Source: Macrostomum lignano (taxonomy: Eukaryota). From it: a stretch of DNA of 64,000 bases. Positions 47,911 through 60,600 of this stretch are shown piece by piece. Made by a program: the position numbers and the translations under genes. The stretch lies in contig NIVC01001233.1 of assembly GCA_002269645.1 (NCBI GenBank), forward strand, positions 76,021 to 140,020. The letters are read 5' to 3'. Numbering within the stretch: the first letter of the stretch is position 1; the number at the start of each line of letters is the position of its first letter. The notes beneath the pieces were generated by a model. That model was not told the DNA's origin, searched no databases, and saw nothing but the letters and a program-made list of their open reading frames with translations.

Positions 47911-49174
47911 GTCTCAGGCACTGTATATTCTGCAAACACAGATTTGGGATCAAATCATACGACCGAAGCTTCAGAAGGTTTTCCCAGCTATCTACTCGTT
48001 CGCTACTTGTGAGCTGCGGGCAGCCACTATCACAACGGTTTCGGCAAAAGACACGAGAAAGCAATTACGAATAAATAGGAAGGCTTAAAGCATGCTCATA
48101 GAGTGTATATCATACCTTGCAAAGCTGCTGAAGTCATGTCAGAGCATCAATTTTTATCAAAGTCTCATTATGTTATTATTTATTTAGGCCCTCTGCCTGT
48201 CACAGCTAGCTGTCAAAGCATCTGCAAACATAATGATTTTGCGTGTTTGTTGAGCACTTTTACTTCTACATGAGGCAAAGCTATTTAATTTTGAATTTCG
48301 CTTTGACATCAATGGTAATCCATCTTACTTTTATCTGGTAAGGGGGGGGGTTATCGAGCAATTATCTTGACCGAAACGGCGACTTTGAAGATCCAATTAA
48401 CTCGGGGCTGCGGGGGCGGGGGCTTGTGTCGGTGGGCTGTTCTGCGATTCAAACAACCCATGACGAGGTCCAGCCACTAAGACATGCATGTAGACTGTAG
48501 AGAATGTAAATGCCCGACGATTCGAAATTCAGGGCCAGCGGAGTCAGCGGAATGTCAAGAGTTGCCCCAGCGCGCTTGCTGCAGGACGATGTGGTCGAAA
48601 GCTTGCGCCAGGGTGCCCTCGTAACCCTGCTGCGAATGCTTATTAATTATGGTGCGGGTTCAGCACTCAAGGAAGCACCCGGCCTTGGGCTGCTGGACAG
48701 ACTGAGCAACACCGCTGGCGGGCCCTCATGGCCCTTAGAGTCTTCTCTCATCCCATGCTTAACGAGTTCGCTGTGCCGATATAGCATTTCTGGACAAAAA
48801 TAGCTTGATAAACTTGTGAGTCCACTGGGCAAAACACCTACGAGCTACTCGCTTTGTTTGCGAGCGCAGCGTCTTTGATACTTATTCGGAAACAAACTAT
48901 GAGTATTGACTACACTGTGAATAGCAGCTTGTTTCCTAAATAGTATCAGTCCATTTTCTGTTTCAATCATAGCAAACAAACTGTGTGTCTCCTAGCACAA
49001 ACAGCTAACTGGAAAATAGTCGACAGCTCGAGTCTGAAAGCCAATGGGAAGATAGCGGCCTAGTCAGCCAGTCGATAAATAAGACAGGACAGCATCGCTC
49101 TGGCTACGCAGCACTCAGCTCCGCCTCGCTCTCCTCGAAACCTTGAACCTTAACCGAACCTCAACCGAACTGAG

Positions 49175-49498
49175 ATGCAACCAGTTACAGTGGTTCTACC
49201 GATTCTGCTTCTGCTGGCGACGGTGCAGCAGTCTTCAGCCGCCGCGATCACTGCTGGCGATGTGGACTCAACGGACGAAACGGTCGCTGACCTCGCCCGA
49301 CACTGCGACATTCGGCGCCGACTGAAACTGCCCACTCCGGCGGCGCTGTGCGTTGAGCTGCTGCGGGACAGGGCCGCGGACGCGCCGCCAGACAAGCGGG
49401 CGTGGCTGCAGTCGTCGCAGCTGTCCTACCAGAGATTCATGGACAAAATGCGCGAGGGTGACGAGAAGCAGCGGTACAATGTCATGCGATACGGCTGA
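49175..49498 (+). CDS. Single-exon neuropeptide precursor, 107 aa, C-terminal ...YNVMRY-amide
   Basis: Hydrophobic signal peptide (VVLPILLLLATVQQSSA), Cys pair in the propeptide, KR site, terminal Gly before the stop; AATAAA at 49559 and 49570. Confidence 0.88.
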   Translation: MQPVTVVLPILLLLATVQQSSAAAITAGDVDSTDETVADLARHCDIRRRLKLPTPAALCVELLRDRAADAPPDKRAWLQSSQLSYQRFMDKMREGDEKQRYNVMRYG

Positions 49499-50359
49499 GA
49501 TGCAAATAGATTCCCTTCTATCTGACGAGTTCGCTCCTCTGTTGTTGTCATCAAGTTGAATAAATTATTAATAAATTTCAGCTTGTGGAGCATGAATCTA
49601 TTTTAAATGATTCTTAGCGGCTACTTCTATCTGTATTGGTTTTTATCTATCTATAACAGACTGCATTTTGGCGAAAATTCTCTTATAATATTTAATATAT
49701 TTCCCATGGGCCTTCACTAAAAGAGAGTCAACCCAAGGACCGCTAGGAACACTTCGAGTAGTAATCCTTGGATCGATCCTGGCCTCCTCGTTTAATAGGT
49801 ATCATTCGATCATTGCTTGATTAATAAGCTTTGTTAGAATCCCACTGGCAGCCAATGTAGATATAGGAAAAGAATAGAGCAGGCATACAATTAGTACAGA
49901 AGCAATTGACAAAAATATTGATCCCATTTAGATAGCAATTTATACTTTAAGCGTTTTGCTCATTCTAATCTCTCCAAGAGCTCATCAGTCATAGGCTCAT
50001 ATTTCGCATTGTTCACTCTTGGAGACAATATGATCCGAGTTTCTTAATGCATTTGCTTTGACAAATTGGAGAAAATGCATTGGGACTGTCATATAGTTTC
50101 CGAAGATACCCAGCAGTCCGGCCCTCGAGAAAGGAGTCAGCAGAGTTCGATTTCTGATCCGCGTTATGCACAGAAGCGATCGGACTGATCGAATTATTAA
50201 AATATGACTTCATGGCGTGAACTAATTAACCAATTACTCTGATGCAATAAAGTGTCTGTCGGACTTGACAGGGAGCTGATCGGTACTACACTGCTCAGGT
50301 TTTGTAACACATCGCAGTGGGCGACCTAAACACTCCATTAAAATCGGTGGTGGTTACTA

Positions 50360-51686
50360 AATGCTCATAAAAATGGTGCTCACACAAATGGCGCTCACAC
50401 AAATAATGCTTACACAAACGGTGCTCACACAAATGGTGCTCACACAAATAATGCTTACACAAATGGTGCTCACACAAATGGTGCTCACACAAATAATTCT
50501 TACACAAATGGTGCTCACACAAATAGTGCTCACACAAATGGTGCTCACACAAACAGTGCTCACACAAATAGTGCTCACACAAATAGTGCTCACACGAATA
50601 ATGCTCACAGAAATGGTGCTCACACAAATGGTGCTCACACAAATATTGGTCGTACAAGTGGTGCTCACACAAATAATGCTTACACAAACGGTGCTCACAC
50701 AAATGGTGCTCACACAAATAATGCTTACACAAATGGTGCTCACACAAATGGTGCTCACACAAATGCTGCTCACACAAATAGTGCTCACATAAATAGTGCT
50801 CACACAAACAGTGCTCACACAAATAGTGCTCACACAAATGGTGCTCACACGAAAAATGCTCACACAAATGGTGCTCACACAAATTGAGCTCACAGAAATG
50901 GTTCTCACAGAAATAGTGCTTACACAAATAGTGCTCACACAAATGGTGCTCACACATATAATGCTTACACAAATAATTACACAAATAGTGTTCGCACAAA
51001 TGGTGCTCACACTAATAATGCTCACACAAATGGTGCTCACACAAATAATGCTTACACAAATAGTGCTCACAGAAATGGTGCTCACACAAATGGTGCTCAC
51101 ACAAATAATGCTTACACAAATAGTGCTCACACAAATGGTCCTCACACAAATAGTGCTCACACAAATAGTGCTCACACAAATAGTGCTCACACAAATGGTG
51201 CTCACAGAAATGATGCTCACACAAATGGTGCTTACACAAATATTGGTCATACAAGTGGTGCTCACACAAATAATGCTTACACAAATGGTGCTCACGCAAA
51301 TGGTGCTCACACAAATGGTGCTCACACAAATGGTGCTCACACAAATAATGCTTACACAAATGGTGCTCACACAAATGGTGCTCACACAAATAATGCTCAC
51401 ACAAATAGTGCGCAAACAAATAGTGCTCACACAAATAGTGCTCAAACAAATAGTGCTCACACAAATAGTGCTCACACAAATAGTGCTCACACAAATGGTG
51501 CTCACACAAATGGTGCTCACACAAATAGTGCTCACACAAATAGTGCTCAAACAAATAGTGCTCACACAAATGGTGCTCACACAAATAGTTCTCACACAAA
51601 TAGTGCTCACACAAATAGTGCTCACACAAATGGTGCTCACACAAATAGTTCTCACACAAATAGTGCTCACACAAATGGTGCTCACC
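50360..51686. repeat. 15-bp satellite CACACAAAT(G/A)GTGCT
   Basis: 15-bp period. Confidence 0.97.
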
Positions 51687-52321
51687 CGTGTTTCAAATCC
51701 GCAACTGGACCAGCTATGGTACGGGTCATTTTTTCACCACATTTATTCCACGCTTGAGTTTCCGAAGCTGGCTACTGAAGAGTAGGAAGAATCGTGCAGA
51801 ATCTGCTTCTATACTACCGAGTAGAACATACGACTATACTAAGCATTCTGTAATTCATTATTACTTGCATATTAAAGCAAGCCGCAATGTTTGCCAAGCA
51901 AAAGTAATTTGTGCTTCGAGCATGAGCAGCGCCTCTGCTTGGCCTGTCCTCCAAATGTATCATTCGGTGGTGCGTCTGCAAATCACAACAAAAAGAATTA
52001 CCAGTTTTCTGACAGGCCGCGGCAGCAGCCAACTTGGACTCAAAAGTTATATAGAAGGCCAATCTTTTTAATTACGCGGTTTGGAGCTGGGGGCCTGCCT
52101 CTCTATGTGAATGTGTGTCAGTTCAGGCAGACCTGAGCCGTGGAGTCCTTGAATTACAATCTGGAGTTGGAAACTCTCTTATCTTAACCCGAATTTTACA
52201 CACAGCATAGGTAGGTGCGAAGCTGCTACAGCTTCACTGTTCGGGGCCACCCTGTTCAGCATTTGCAACACGTGACAGTGAGAGGACAAAACTTTCAATT
52301 GAAATCGTATTAACAGAAAGT

Positions 52322-52590
52322 GGTAATGATCACACAAATGGGGATCACACAAATGGTGATCACACAAATGATGATCACACAAATGGTGCTCACACAAATG
52401 GTGATCACACAAATGGTGATCACACAAATGGTGATCACACAAATGGTGATCACACAAATGGAGATCACACAAATGGTGATCACACAAATGGTGATCACAC
52501 AAATGGTGATCACACAAATGGTGATCACACAAATGGTGATCACACAAATGGTGATCACACAAATGGTGATCACACAAATGATTCCCACAC
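52322..52590. repeat. 15-bp satellite variant CACACAAATGGTGAT
   Basis: Same family as 50360-51686 with a fixed C>A change. Confidence 0.95.
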
Positions 52591-52858
52591 AGATTGAAAT
52601 TCCCCGTATTCTCAGTTATTCTTTATAAAAATATAAAATTAACAGTCTTCTGCTAACAGGCAAAACCCTAGGTGTCTTAAATATGAGGGTTTTGACTCTT
52701 TTTGAGTAGTTGTTAATTGAGAAGTTAAGAAGTTGTTTGCTAACTCTACTCCAAATTCTGGTTCCAGGTCGCCTTGACTGCTGAGTGCGGTGGACCTTAA
52801 GTGCAAACCCTTACAGTTTAAAATAGGAGGGTGTCAGCTGACAGCGACCTTGAATGCT

Positions 52859-52920
52859 GGCCAATGAGAGCTCAGGAAGCAAACTGGAAAGAGGAGAAGT
52901 GGACATAACCGCTATAAAGG
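52859..52920 (+). promoter_or_regulatory. CCAAT box and TATA box upstream of the PPP1R3-like gene
   Basis: GGCCAATGAG at 52859-52868 and TATAAA at 52913-52918, 82 bp before the ATG. Confidence 0.55.
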
Positions 52921-52999
52921 GTTTAAGCTAGCACACTGAGCGGGCAGTTTTTCCAGCAGCGAGAGAAGGCAGCATCCAGCCGCAAGAACCGGTTTAGCA

Positions 53000-53878
53000 A
53001 TGTGCCAGTTTAAAGTAGTCAACCAGCAGCAGCAGGCGGCTGGCGGCTGCCAGTGCCGCTGCGGCCAGCAACTGGAAGCCCCGCCTGCTTCTACAACAAC
53101 TGACGAGTTGCGTCAGCTACCCGTAGAGATTCTCGCCAGGTACGTCAGCGTCAGGCGGCCCATAGAAGCATGCCATCGGACAGTCTCGGACACTACGTCG
53201 GCCTATTCGCCAGCCTTGGCGGACCAGCTGACAGCCAGCGGCGAGCCGGGCTGCGCCAACGGAAGGCGACACCGAGTCCGTTTCGCCGACGACATGGGCC
53301 GGTCGCTGATCGAGATTCGACTGTACCAGCCGGACCCGCCCACCTGCTTCGATAACGAATTGGAAGACAAACAGCAGGACAGCGACTGGCAGACAGAGCT
53401 GGACGATAGCTACCAAGATGCACCAAGGCTCGTGTGCGACTTCGTGCTGCTGAGCCGGGAGCAGGTGCTGGCGTCACTAACAACTGATGGCATTCGACTC
53501 GAGAAGCTGGGCCTGAACCTGCGCACCAGCTGTATCGTCGGCAGGGCCGTGGTGACCAACTTGGTCTACCAGAAGCGAGTCTTTGTCCGCGTCACCCTGG
53601 ACGCCTGGCGCACCCATGTCGACGTGGACGCCACCTTTGCCGGATCAATCGACAACCGGTTGGACGCGTTCGCCTTCCGGTTGCCGCTGTCCGCGGCTGA
53701 GGGTCTGGATCTGGCCAACGAGCCTGCCGAGTTCGAATTCTGTCTCGGCTTCGAGTCCGGCCTGGAGCCGGCCGACAGGCGCTGCCTGTGGGACAGCAAC
53801 GGCGGTAGGAACTATCGGGCCTCGCTGCTGCCGCCGCCGCGACGGGCTACGTTTTGCATTGACAGCGACGAAGACTGA
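53000..53878 (+). CDS. PPP1R3: Protein phosphatase 1 glycogen-targeting regulatory subunit (PPP1R3 family, CBM21), single exon
   Basis: RVxF motif RVRFAD; CBM21 signatures GRAVVTNLVYQKRVFVR.T...W and WDSNGGRNY. Confidence 0.93.
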   Translation: MCQFKVVNQQQQAAGGCQCRCGQQLEAPPASTTTDELRQLPVEILARYVSVRRPIEACHRTVSDTTSAYSPALADQLTASGEPGCANGRRHRVRFADDMGRSLIEIRLYQPDPPTCFDNELEDKQQDSDWQTELDDSYQDAPRLVCDFVLLSREQVLASLTTDGIRLEKLGLNLRTSCIVGRAVVTNLVYQKRVFVRVTLDAWRTHVDVDATFAGSIDNRLDAFAFRLPLSAAEGLDLANEPAEFEFCLGFESGLEPADRRCLWDSNGGRNYRASLLPPPRRATFCIDSDED

Positions 53879-56800
53879 CGGAGATGCAGGAGATGACTGA
53901 GCACTAATAATAAGATTACTGGAATGTGCTCACAATCTTTAGTTGTTAAATACGATAAAATTTAAAATTAATTCGTATAAATGCATATCATACGACATGC
54001 ATAGGATCAACGCTAGCTAAAGTACTTTGGGAAAATGCGTTTCTTTGTTCTGCATTTTCAAGAAGCGAAGTATTTTAGAAAGTAATAAGTCCGGATTCAA
54101 AATTTTACCGCTATACACTATAAAACACTAGCTTATAGTTCTAAATTATGAAATGAGCTTTATTTGATTATTCTGTGTTGTATTGACCTGCGCAGACTGT
54201 TAATTGGACCCACTTCGATCGATAGGTCGTGTAAATTTCGTATGCTAGATTAATTGTTCATCCTGGTGTCCGATGCGCTATTTCTCATTTTTTACATGCT
54301 AAACAATTAAATGCATGCTGTTTATTTTTGTAGAGAATATACAGACTATTTTATCTAGATCGCGTCGCACTATTTATTCATGCGCGTATCATGCATCGTC
54401 ATCCTGTCATCGTGTCCTCGTGTCACCGTGTCGTTGTACTTTAACAAATTTTAAATCGAGTGTACTAAAACAAAATCATTATGTCTGGTATAGCTAGGAC
54501 ATACCGCGTACATGCTAACCGATATCAAACTAAACTATGACGTCATATTATTAATATAGTTAGTATGAAGTTTGGAATTTAATATAATGATAATAATCTT
54601 CTACTATTGTCATTTTTGTCGCTAAAAAACTTTTTAAAAGCCTTGTTCCTTTTAAAAAAGTTTACAACTAAGCAACAATTTTATTAAATAAATAACAATT
54701 ACAAAAGAAAAATAACTATTGCTTAATGTATAACGCACATATTTTAGCTATAATTACTAATTAATAGCAATATCCTTGGTGGCTTTTACTGATTTTATTT
54801 AAAAGACAGCAAATAAACTAACTAAAAATGCAGGTCAAAATTTTATATACTCGTAGAATTCTATAAAAATCAGTTCAACCCTAACCGCGAGGTCAAAGCA
54901 GTCAGTTTATTGTCAAATTAATATATATTTAGAAAAATCTGGCTTATTGAATTTTTGACAACGTGCCCCAGGCACGTTTTTAGCTCAGAAAACCGTTATG
55001 AGCCAAGCCTTCTTAATCACATATAATTTATAGTCCTTTTTAGATTTTGGAAATCTCTGACCTCCACCTGTCGAGTTTATTTACCAAGTTTTGCTCGAAT
55101 CTCCGCTTATAAGAGCGTACTGGAGGCATGGAGAGTCTAGTAAAAGTTAAATTCTCGTATCTGTCTCCAAAACCATGCAGTCCTGCTTTCAAAACACACA
55201 GTGCACTTTCTCAATCTGCTTTTTTGTAGGAGTGCTGAACGCTATTAGTCAACATACAAAAATAGCTCTCGAAAGAACTGTGCAATGAGGCAATGGTCAT
55301 TCTAATGACGTTTTTTGCTGGTTGAGCAGTATGAATGCGCTCACAATCTCTCGTAATGAATGTAACCACCCAAATACGTCACGAACCTATTTCATCACTG
55401 CAAGCGAGGTGCAAGGGTTTATTGAAACGAAAAATTTTCAAACAACTCGAATTGCATGAATTGAGGACTTGAGGCTTGAGTAGAAACCTTCATTTAGTTA
55501 GTTTAATATAATTACGGCATTAGGATGGAAAATAACTTTAGGCCTATAGTCTGCTATTTGCATGCGACATTGGGTTGAATTTGGTGCACTAAATTAACAT
55601 GCGGAAACAGTCGAATTTGGTGTGGAGAACTAATTCTGCCAGCAGCTGACACACTGCACTGGAGACTGCATGCAGTATAAAGCCGCCCCTGGGAGGAAAA
55701 GCAACCCCTTTTTCAGTACAAATCACTTTGTTTTACTGTTTTTTTCTATTGAGTCACATGCTCACTTGGTCCTGTACCATTAAATGATTTTTCCTAGAAA
55801 AAAACCTGGATAGCCCTCACCTCACCTTTAGTTAGAGTTTTGTAGAACGTCCCCTGTGGCCCTTTGTCCTTACACGGCCCCTGGCCTGAAGCAAATAAAT
55901 GTTCTAGCTTTAGTTGGGTCTGCATTATACTCTCATAATTCTAACCAGTCATAACACACCCCTTGTAAGAGCCAGCAACTGCCCTCCAGTGTGTCCCGAA
56001 GGACCCAAACGGGCAAGAAGAGTGGGGTCGATACTCTCTCTCTCTCTTTCTCTTTCTCTCTCTCTCTTGGGCCTAGCCTTGCAGTTAAAGGGAGAGAGAG
56101 GGAGCGCATAAACAAACAGGGCAGGGGACCAGGAGTAAAGAAAGGGTAAGATTTGGGGTGGGGCTAGGTGTACTCTTAGCTTCAGATCACGTGCCCTCTG
56201 TGTGAACCTGGTTTCTAATATAATTTTACTGTTTGATATAATTAATTGCATGTCCTAACTATTCTACTGCTAGTAACAGTAACAAAATTTTCTTCTAAAA
56301 AGTTTCTTCAACAAGTTAACCGACCGTGCAGAGCAATTCAGACTTCACTCGTACAATCAGGATTTTTGTACAAAATCCACTGGCCTTTTCAAAGTTAAGA
56401 TGCAATTGACACAGTTGCCAAACACAATGTGAACTCAAAGTTATAACTCCTGTTAAAAAAAAGCTCTCTCAGAAATTCCCTGATCTTGAGTCTTTTCTTA
56501 ACTTTGTCCTTTAAAATGACCCACCTTGCTGCAGCTTACTGACAATGACAGACTCAAAAGGGCACAAAAAATCAAGGTGTCATTTTGTGTGTTCCTGACG
56601 TCTTGATAGAAAATTAGGCGCAAAAAACCTTGGATACAAATAGTAGTACTTGTACAGCTGAAGCTTAGACTTTGACTTGGCCATGTTGAAAAGTGAACCT
56701 GTGCGCATCAGGTGCCTTTAGCCACGGCTCTGATGGACACAGGACCCTCTGACCTTGACAGGGTATTCGATCAGTCTGCCAGCTCCGGAGTCTCTCGCAA

Positions 56801-57699
56801 GGGCCCAGTCTAGTACCGCGCTGATGCTCCATTTGCTCAGCCTCTGGTTGGGCTCTTAGCTGGGGAGGTTGCTACCCCCATGTCGCGAACTTTTGGCTGA
56901 CTGTTGAGTTAAGCTACAAAAGCAATATCTGGCAACAACGCATCCCCGCTGTATCCGGACGCCTAGAGCCCCCTGCAACTGAGTCAAGTACGCTCACATG
57001 GGGTCACAAGAGCCTCAAAGTTGCACGAGCATGTACCAGATGTACTTCACCCACTGTTCTTTAAGTGTCACTATGTGGGGCAGAGAGTGTTTTAGGGCTT
57101 TGGAACACCAAAGCTAGAAGCTACTCGTCTGTGGGCATCAAAAATTTTCACTACATTCGAATGAAACTTGATGGTGCCGTAAATTAACTTAAAAAAAACT
57201 TTTTAGCGCTGACATGGGCGATAAAACTTGCTTTTATTAGCTAATCATAAAAAAGCTTTAGATACGCTCCTAGTTAGAAAATGATTTAAATAAATGAACA
57301 GCACAACGTGAAATTTAATTAAGCGTCCAAGTCTAAGCAATGACAGGGCGGCAGAAAAAAAGTAAGAAAGAGCGGCAGGTGGCTCAACGACTCGAACAAT
57401 CGGCCATGGCAACCGAACTCTGTCAACTATTACAAAGCTTCATCGCGCTGGTCTAACACAATCCTCTGGCCCAGCAGGAGGCTTGAATGTGCGTTTAGAG
57501 ACAGAGAGAGAGAGAGAGAGAGAGAGTAGCGCAGAGACAGGAAAGTGGCAGCCGGTGAAGCACAGAAATGTGCAGCACGAACTGCCAAGTGGCGGCGAGG
57601 CGCTCATTTAACTTGGCTGGCTTAGACCGAAACCCCCTGCCCATCGCGTGAGAGCGCTCTTTCTCATGCGAACTCTGGCGGCCGGAGCAGGCTAAGGCT

Positions 57700-60600
57700 A
57701 TGCAGAATTCGCCTCAGCGGCAAGGGCAACAGCGGAGCCCGCAGAAACTGCAGCTGAAGCAGATGCAGCCACCGGCGGCGAGGCATCAGCTGGCTGACCT
57801 GGGCGCCTCCGGCAAGCTGGTGACATTCTACCGGAATGGCGATCCGCACTTTCGCGGCCTCGGCGTCTCCATTAACGATCGGACTTTTGTTTCCATGGCA
57901 ACGCTGACCGCTTGGCTGAACGAAAAAATAAGCACGCCGTCGGGAGTGAGACACGTCTTTAGACTGCCAGATGGGAAACAGGTTCGAGTCTTTGTGTGGA
58001 GTATGTGCAATTATGCTGACTAGCATAGTTAGATTGTAAAGTAGATTCAGCTAAAACAATAAAACTGATCCTTAGAGTATCGGAGCGGCGGGTAAGGCGT
58101 CCGAGTCTTACGATTCAGTCCTAGGGTTCGATTCGACGCACGATCGTGGAATAATCTGGGGTTTGTGGACGGAATGTTTTGTACGATTCGAATCCACGAG
58201 AGCGCACTAGAGTGTGTATACTGCTGGTGAATTCCCTGGGCACTCAGGGGCCGGCACAGCCTCCTGTGATTTTATGACAAGCTATTCCTGTCCACCTGTC
58301 TATCCGAATTCTAATTTGCAAGGTGACGCAACTTGCCGATTTTGAGGCCGGCGGTCACTACGTGGTTTCCAGCAGCCCCAAGCTGGTCCGCTCCGTGGAG
58401 TACGGCGGTCCCCGGCCGGCTTGGCGAATGAAGCCGCCGAGCGCCAAAGCCGGCAAGCGCACCCGCGACGATCTTCGTCTGCTGTTCGGTCGGGAAAGCG
58501 CCGGGATCGCCGGCGAAAGCGACGAGCAGCGCCGACACCTGCAGCGGCACGGAGCTGCCGGCCCGAGGAGCGGCGGCGATGCGACTGGCCAGGGAGCTCC
58601 GAGCAAGCCGCGCAGCGTGGTCTTCATCAGCAACACGCACCGGCAGAGCCGGGAGCGTCTGCTGATCAACCCAGGCAAGGCTGCCGCAGCTGACGGGCTG
58701 GATACTATGTTGGAGGACCTCGGCAGCCTGCTGGTGATGGCCAACCCGCCTGCTACTTGCCTTTACACAGCCTACCCGCCATACAGAAAGGTTTGTTGGA
58801 AAATTTCTAATGCTATTTCTTATGAAACTGTAGATACGAAAGTATAAAACGTCCTTCTGCAGGTATTAAAGCTGTCGCAACTGTTCAGCGAGTACAAAGA
58901 CTACGACAGTTTCATCGCCTGCGGCCAAGAATTCCTGCCAGCAGAGTTGCGCAGCCGACCGCTGGAGGCGGCTGCTGTCTGGGGTGACGAACCCGTACGT
59001 GGCGGCGGCGTTGGAGACGGCAGTGAAGGAGGGGCGCAAAGACTAGGAAGGCTGGAGCCGGTGGCGCCAACGTCCGGGCAGGTCAACGGTTCGACGCAGA
59101 TGCAACAGGCTCAGGCGCAGCAGCAGACGCACCAGCCACCGCAATCACCATCGCCACCGCCGCCTCCTCCGCCGCCGCCTCAGTGGCCTCGCAATGGCGA
59201 GGAGAATCGACTTGATGAGCAGCAGCGACTGCGGCTGCTTCAACTCCAGCAGGAGCAGCTTCAGGTTCAGCAGCAGCAGCAACTGGGAGACAGGAGCCCG
59301 GCAGTTGGTATGGAGTTTCTCTAATAGAACAGAAAGCACTGTGCTAGTTTTCACTGGGCCAGCTATTTTTTATGTTTTGCCCCTCATCTCACAGCCGGCA
59401 GATACGAAGCAGCAGAAGACAGCGACGCTGTTAACAGTGAAGATGAAGAGACTGGTAGCTTCCAGCAGCTCCCGCAGCTGTCGGGTCGCGAGTCGATGCA
59501 GAAACCTCCAGCGGCTACCGTCAGAATCCGCGGAACCTTACACAGTGAGCTGCTGCTTGTTTTTTTTACTTCAACCATCATCAACAAGCACTTGCTCCAG
59601 CTGCCCATTCCACCCTCAACCGCCCCCTACTTCCAGCTTTCCCAGCTCCCACAGCAACCGTGCCGAGTCGTCAACAGCTGCAGCCACCGGACGTGTCTCT
59701 CCAATTGGATTGGGTCTACGGCTGCAATAGCTCGGCGGGTCTGCTGGCGCTGCCTACCGGGGACCTGCTGTACGCCTCCGGAAATGTTCTGATCCTACTG
59801 GACTCAAAACGGCACCGGCAGAGGCACTACACTGAGCACACTGCACGGGTCACGTGGTAAGTTGTGGGGCAGTGAAGCCATTCAGCCACTGAGACGAAGA
59901 TGCGAGGGTGGTCAGGGGCTCAGGGGTCAGCGACTGACGTCTTGATAGCTTCGGGTCTACTGTTGCCTTGGTTTTTAGCAGAGCCTAGAAAGCCCCTCGC
60001 CTGGTGAATTATCTGAGGACGAAGAACCCAGGATGGTCGTGAGATTGGAACTGAGGAAAAGCAAGGCATTTGCGTTGTATTATTGTCGGTTGTACTGTAC
60101 GGGTATGACTTGCCTTGGCTTGGCTTTTTCTCCTAGGCCACACCCAGACTGAGTCGCTCTGCTTACCCAAAAATTCGCAGCGCCGCAGCCCACCCTGTGA
60201 ATGCCTACATCGCCTCTGGCCAGGCGGCATCCCGATCCGGAGCTCCAGTCCAAATCCGCATCTGGGACGCCGAGAGTCTGGAGACTCGGGTTGTCTTGTC
60301 CGAGCCGCATCTGCAGACTGGCATCGCGTCGATTTCATTTTCGGGTGAGAGCCTCGGAGCTTACCTGCTCGCTGTGGACTCGCCGAAGCCGCCCGGACAT
60401 CGACAGACGTTGACTGTCTTTGACTGGGCAGCCCGTCGGGAGGTGCTGAAGTCGCAGACTGCGCGAGATCAAATCAGTCGAGCGGTGTTCCACCCGGAGG
60501 ACGATTCAATAATCGTGACTGTGGGTGCCGAGCGACCGAGCTTCTGGCGCATCTTCCACGACAGTGCGGGCCGGAGCCGGGCACTCCGCGACAAAAAGAG

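Noticed and set aside
51814-52062. AFYITFESKLAAAAAC resembling an RRM RNP1 motif
   Set aside because: Too short, with no RNP2 or flanking frame; chance similarity is likely.
1-52600. CRISPR arrays
   Set aside because: Repeats are head-to-tail without unique spacers; eukaryotic context; no cas genes.
50295-52628. His/Cys-rich CEHHL-repeat ORFs suggestive of metal-binding proteins
   Set aside because: 15-bp satellite; most frames on both strands are open; no signal peptide or splice context.
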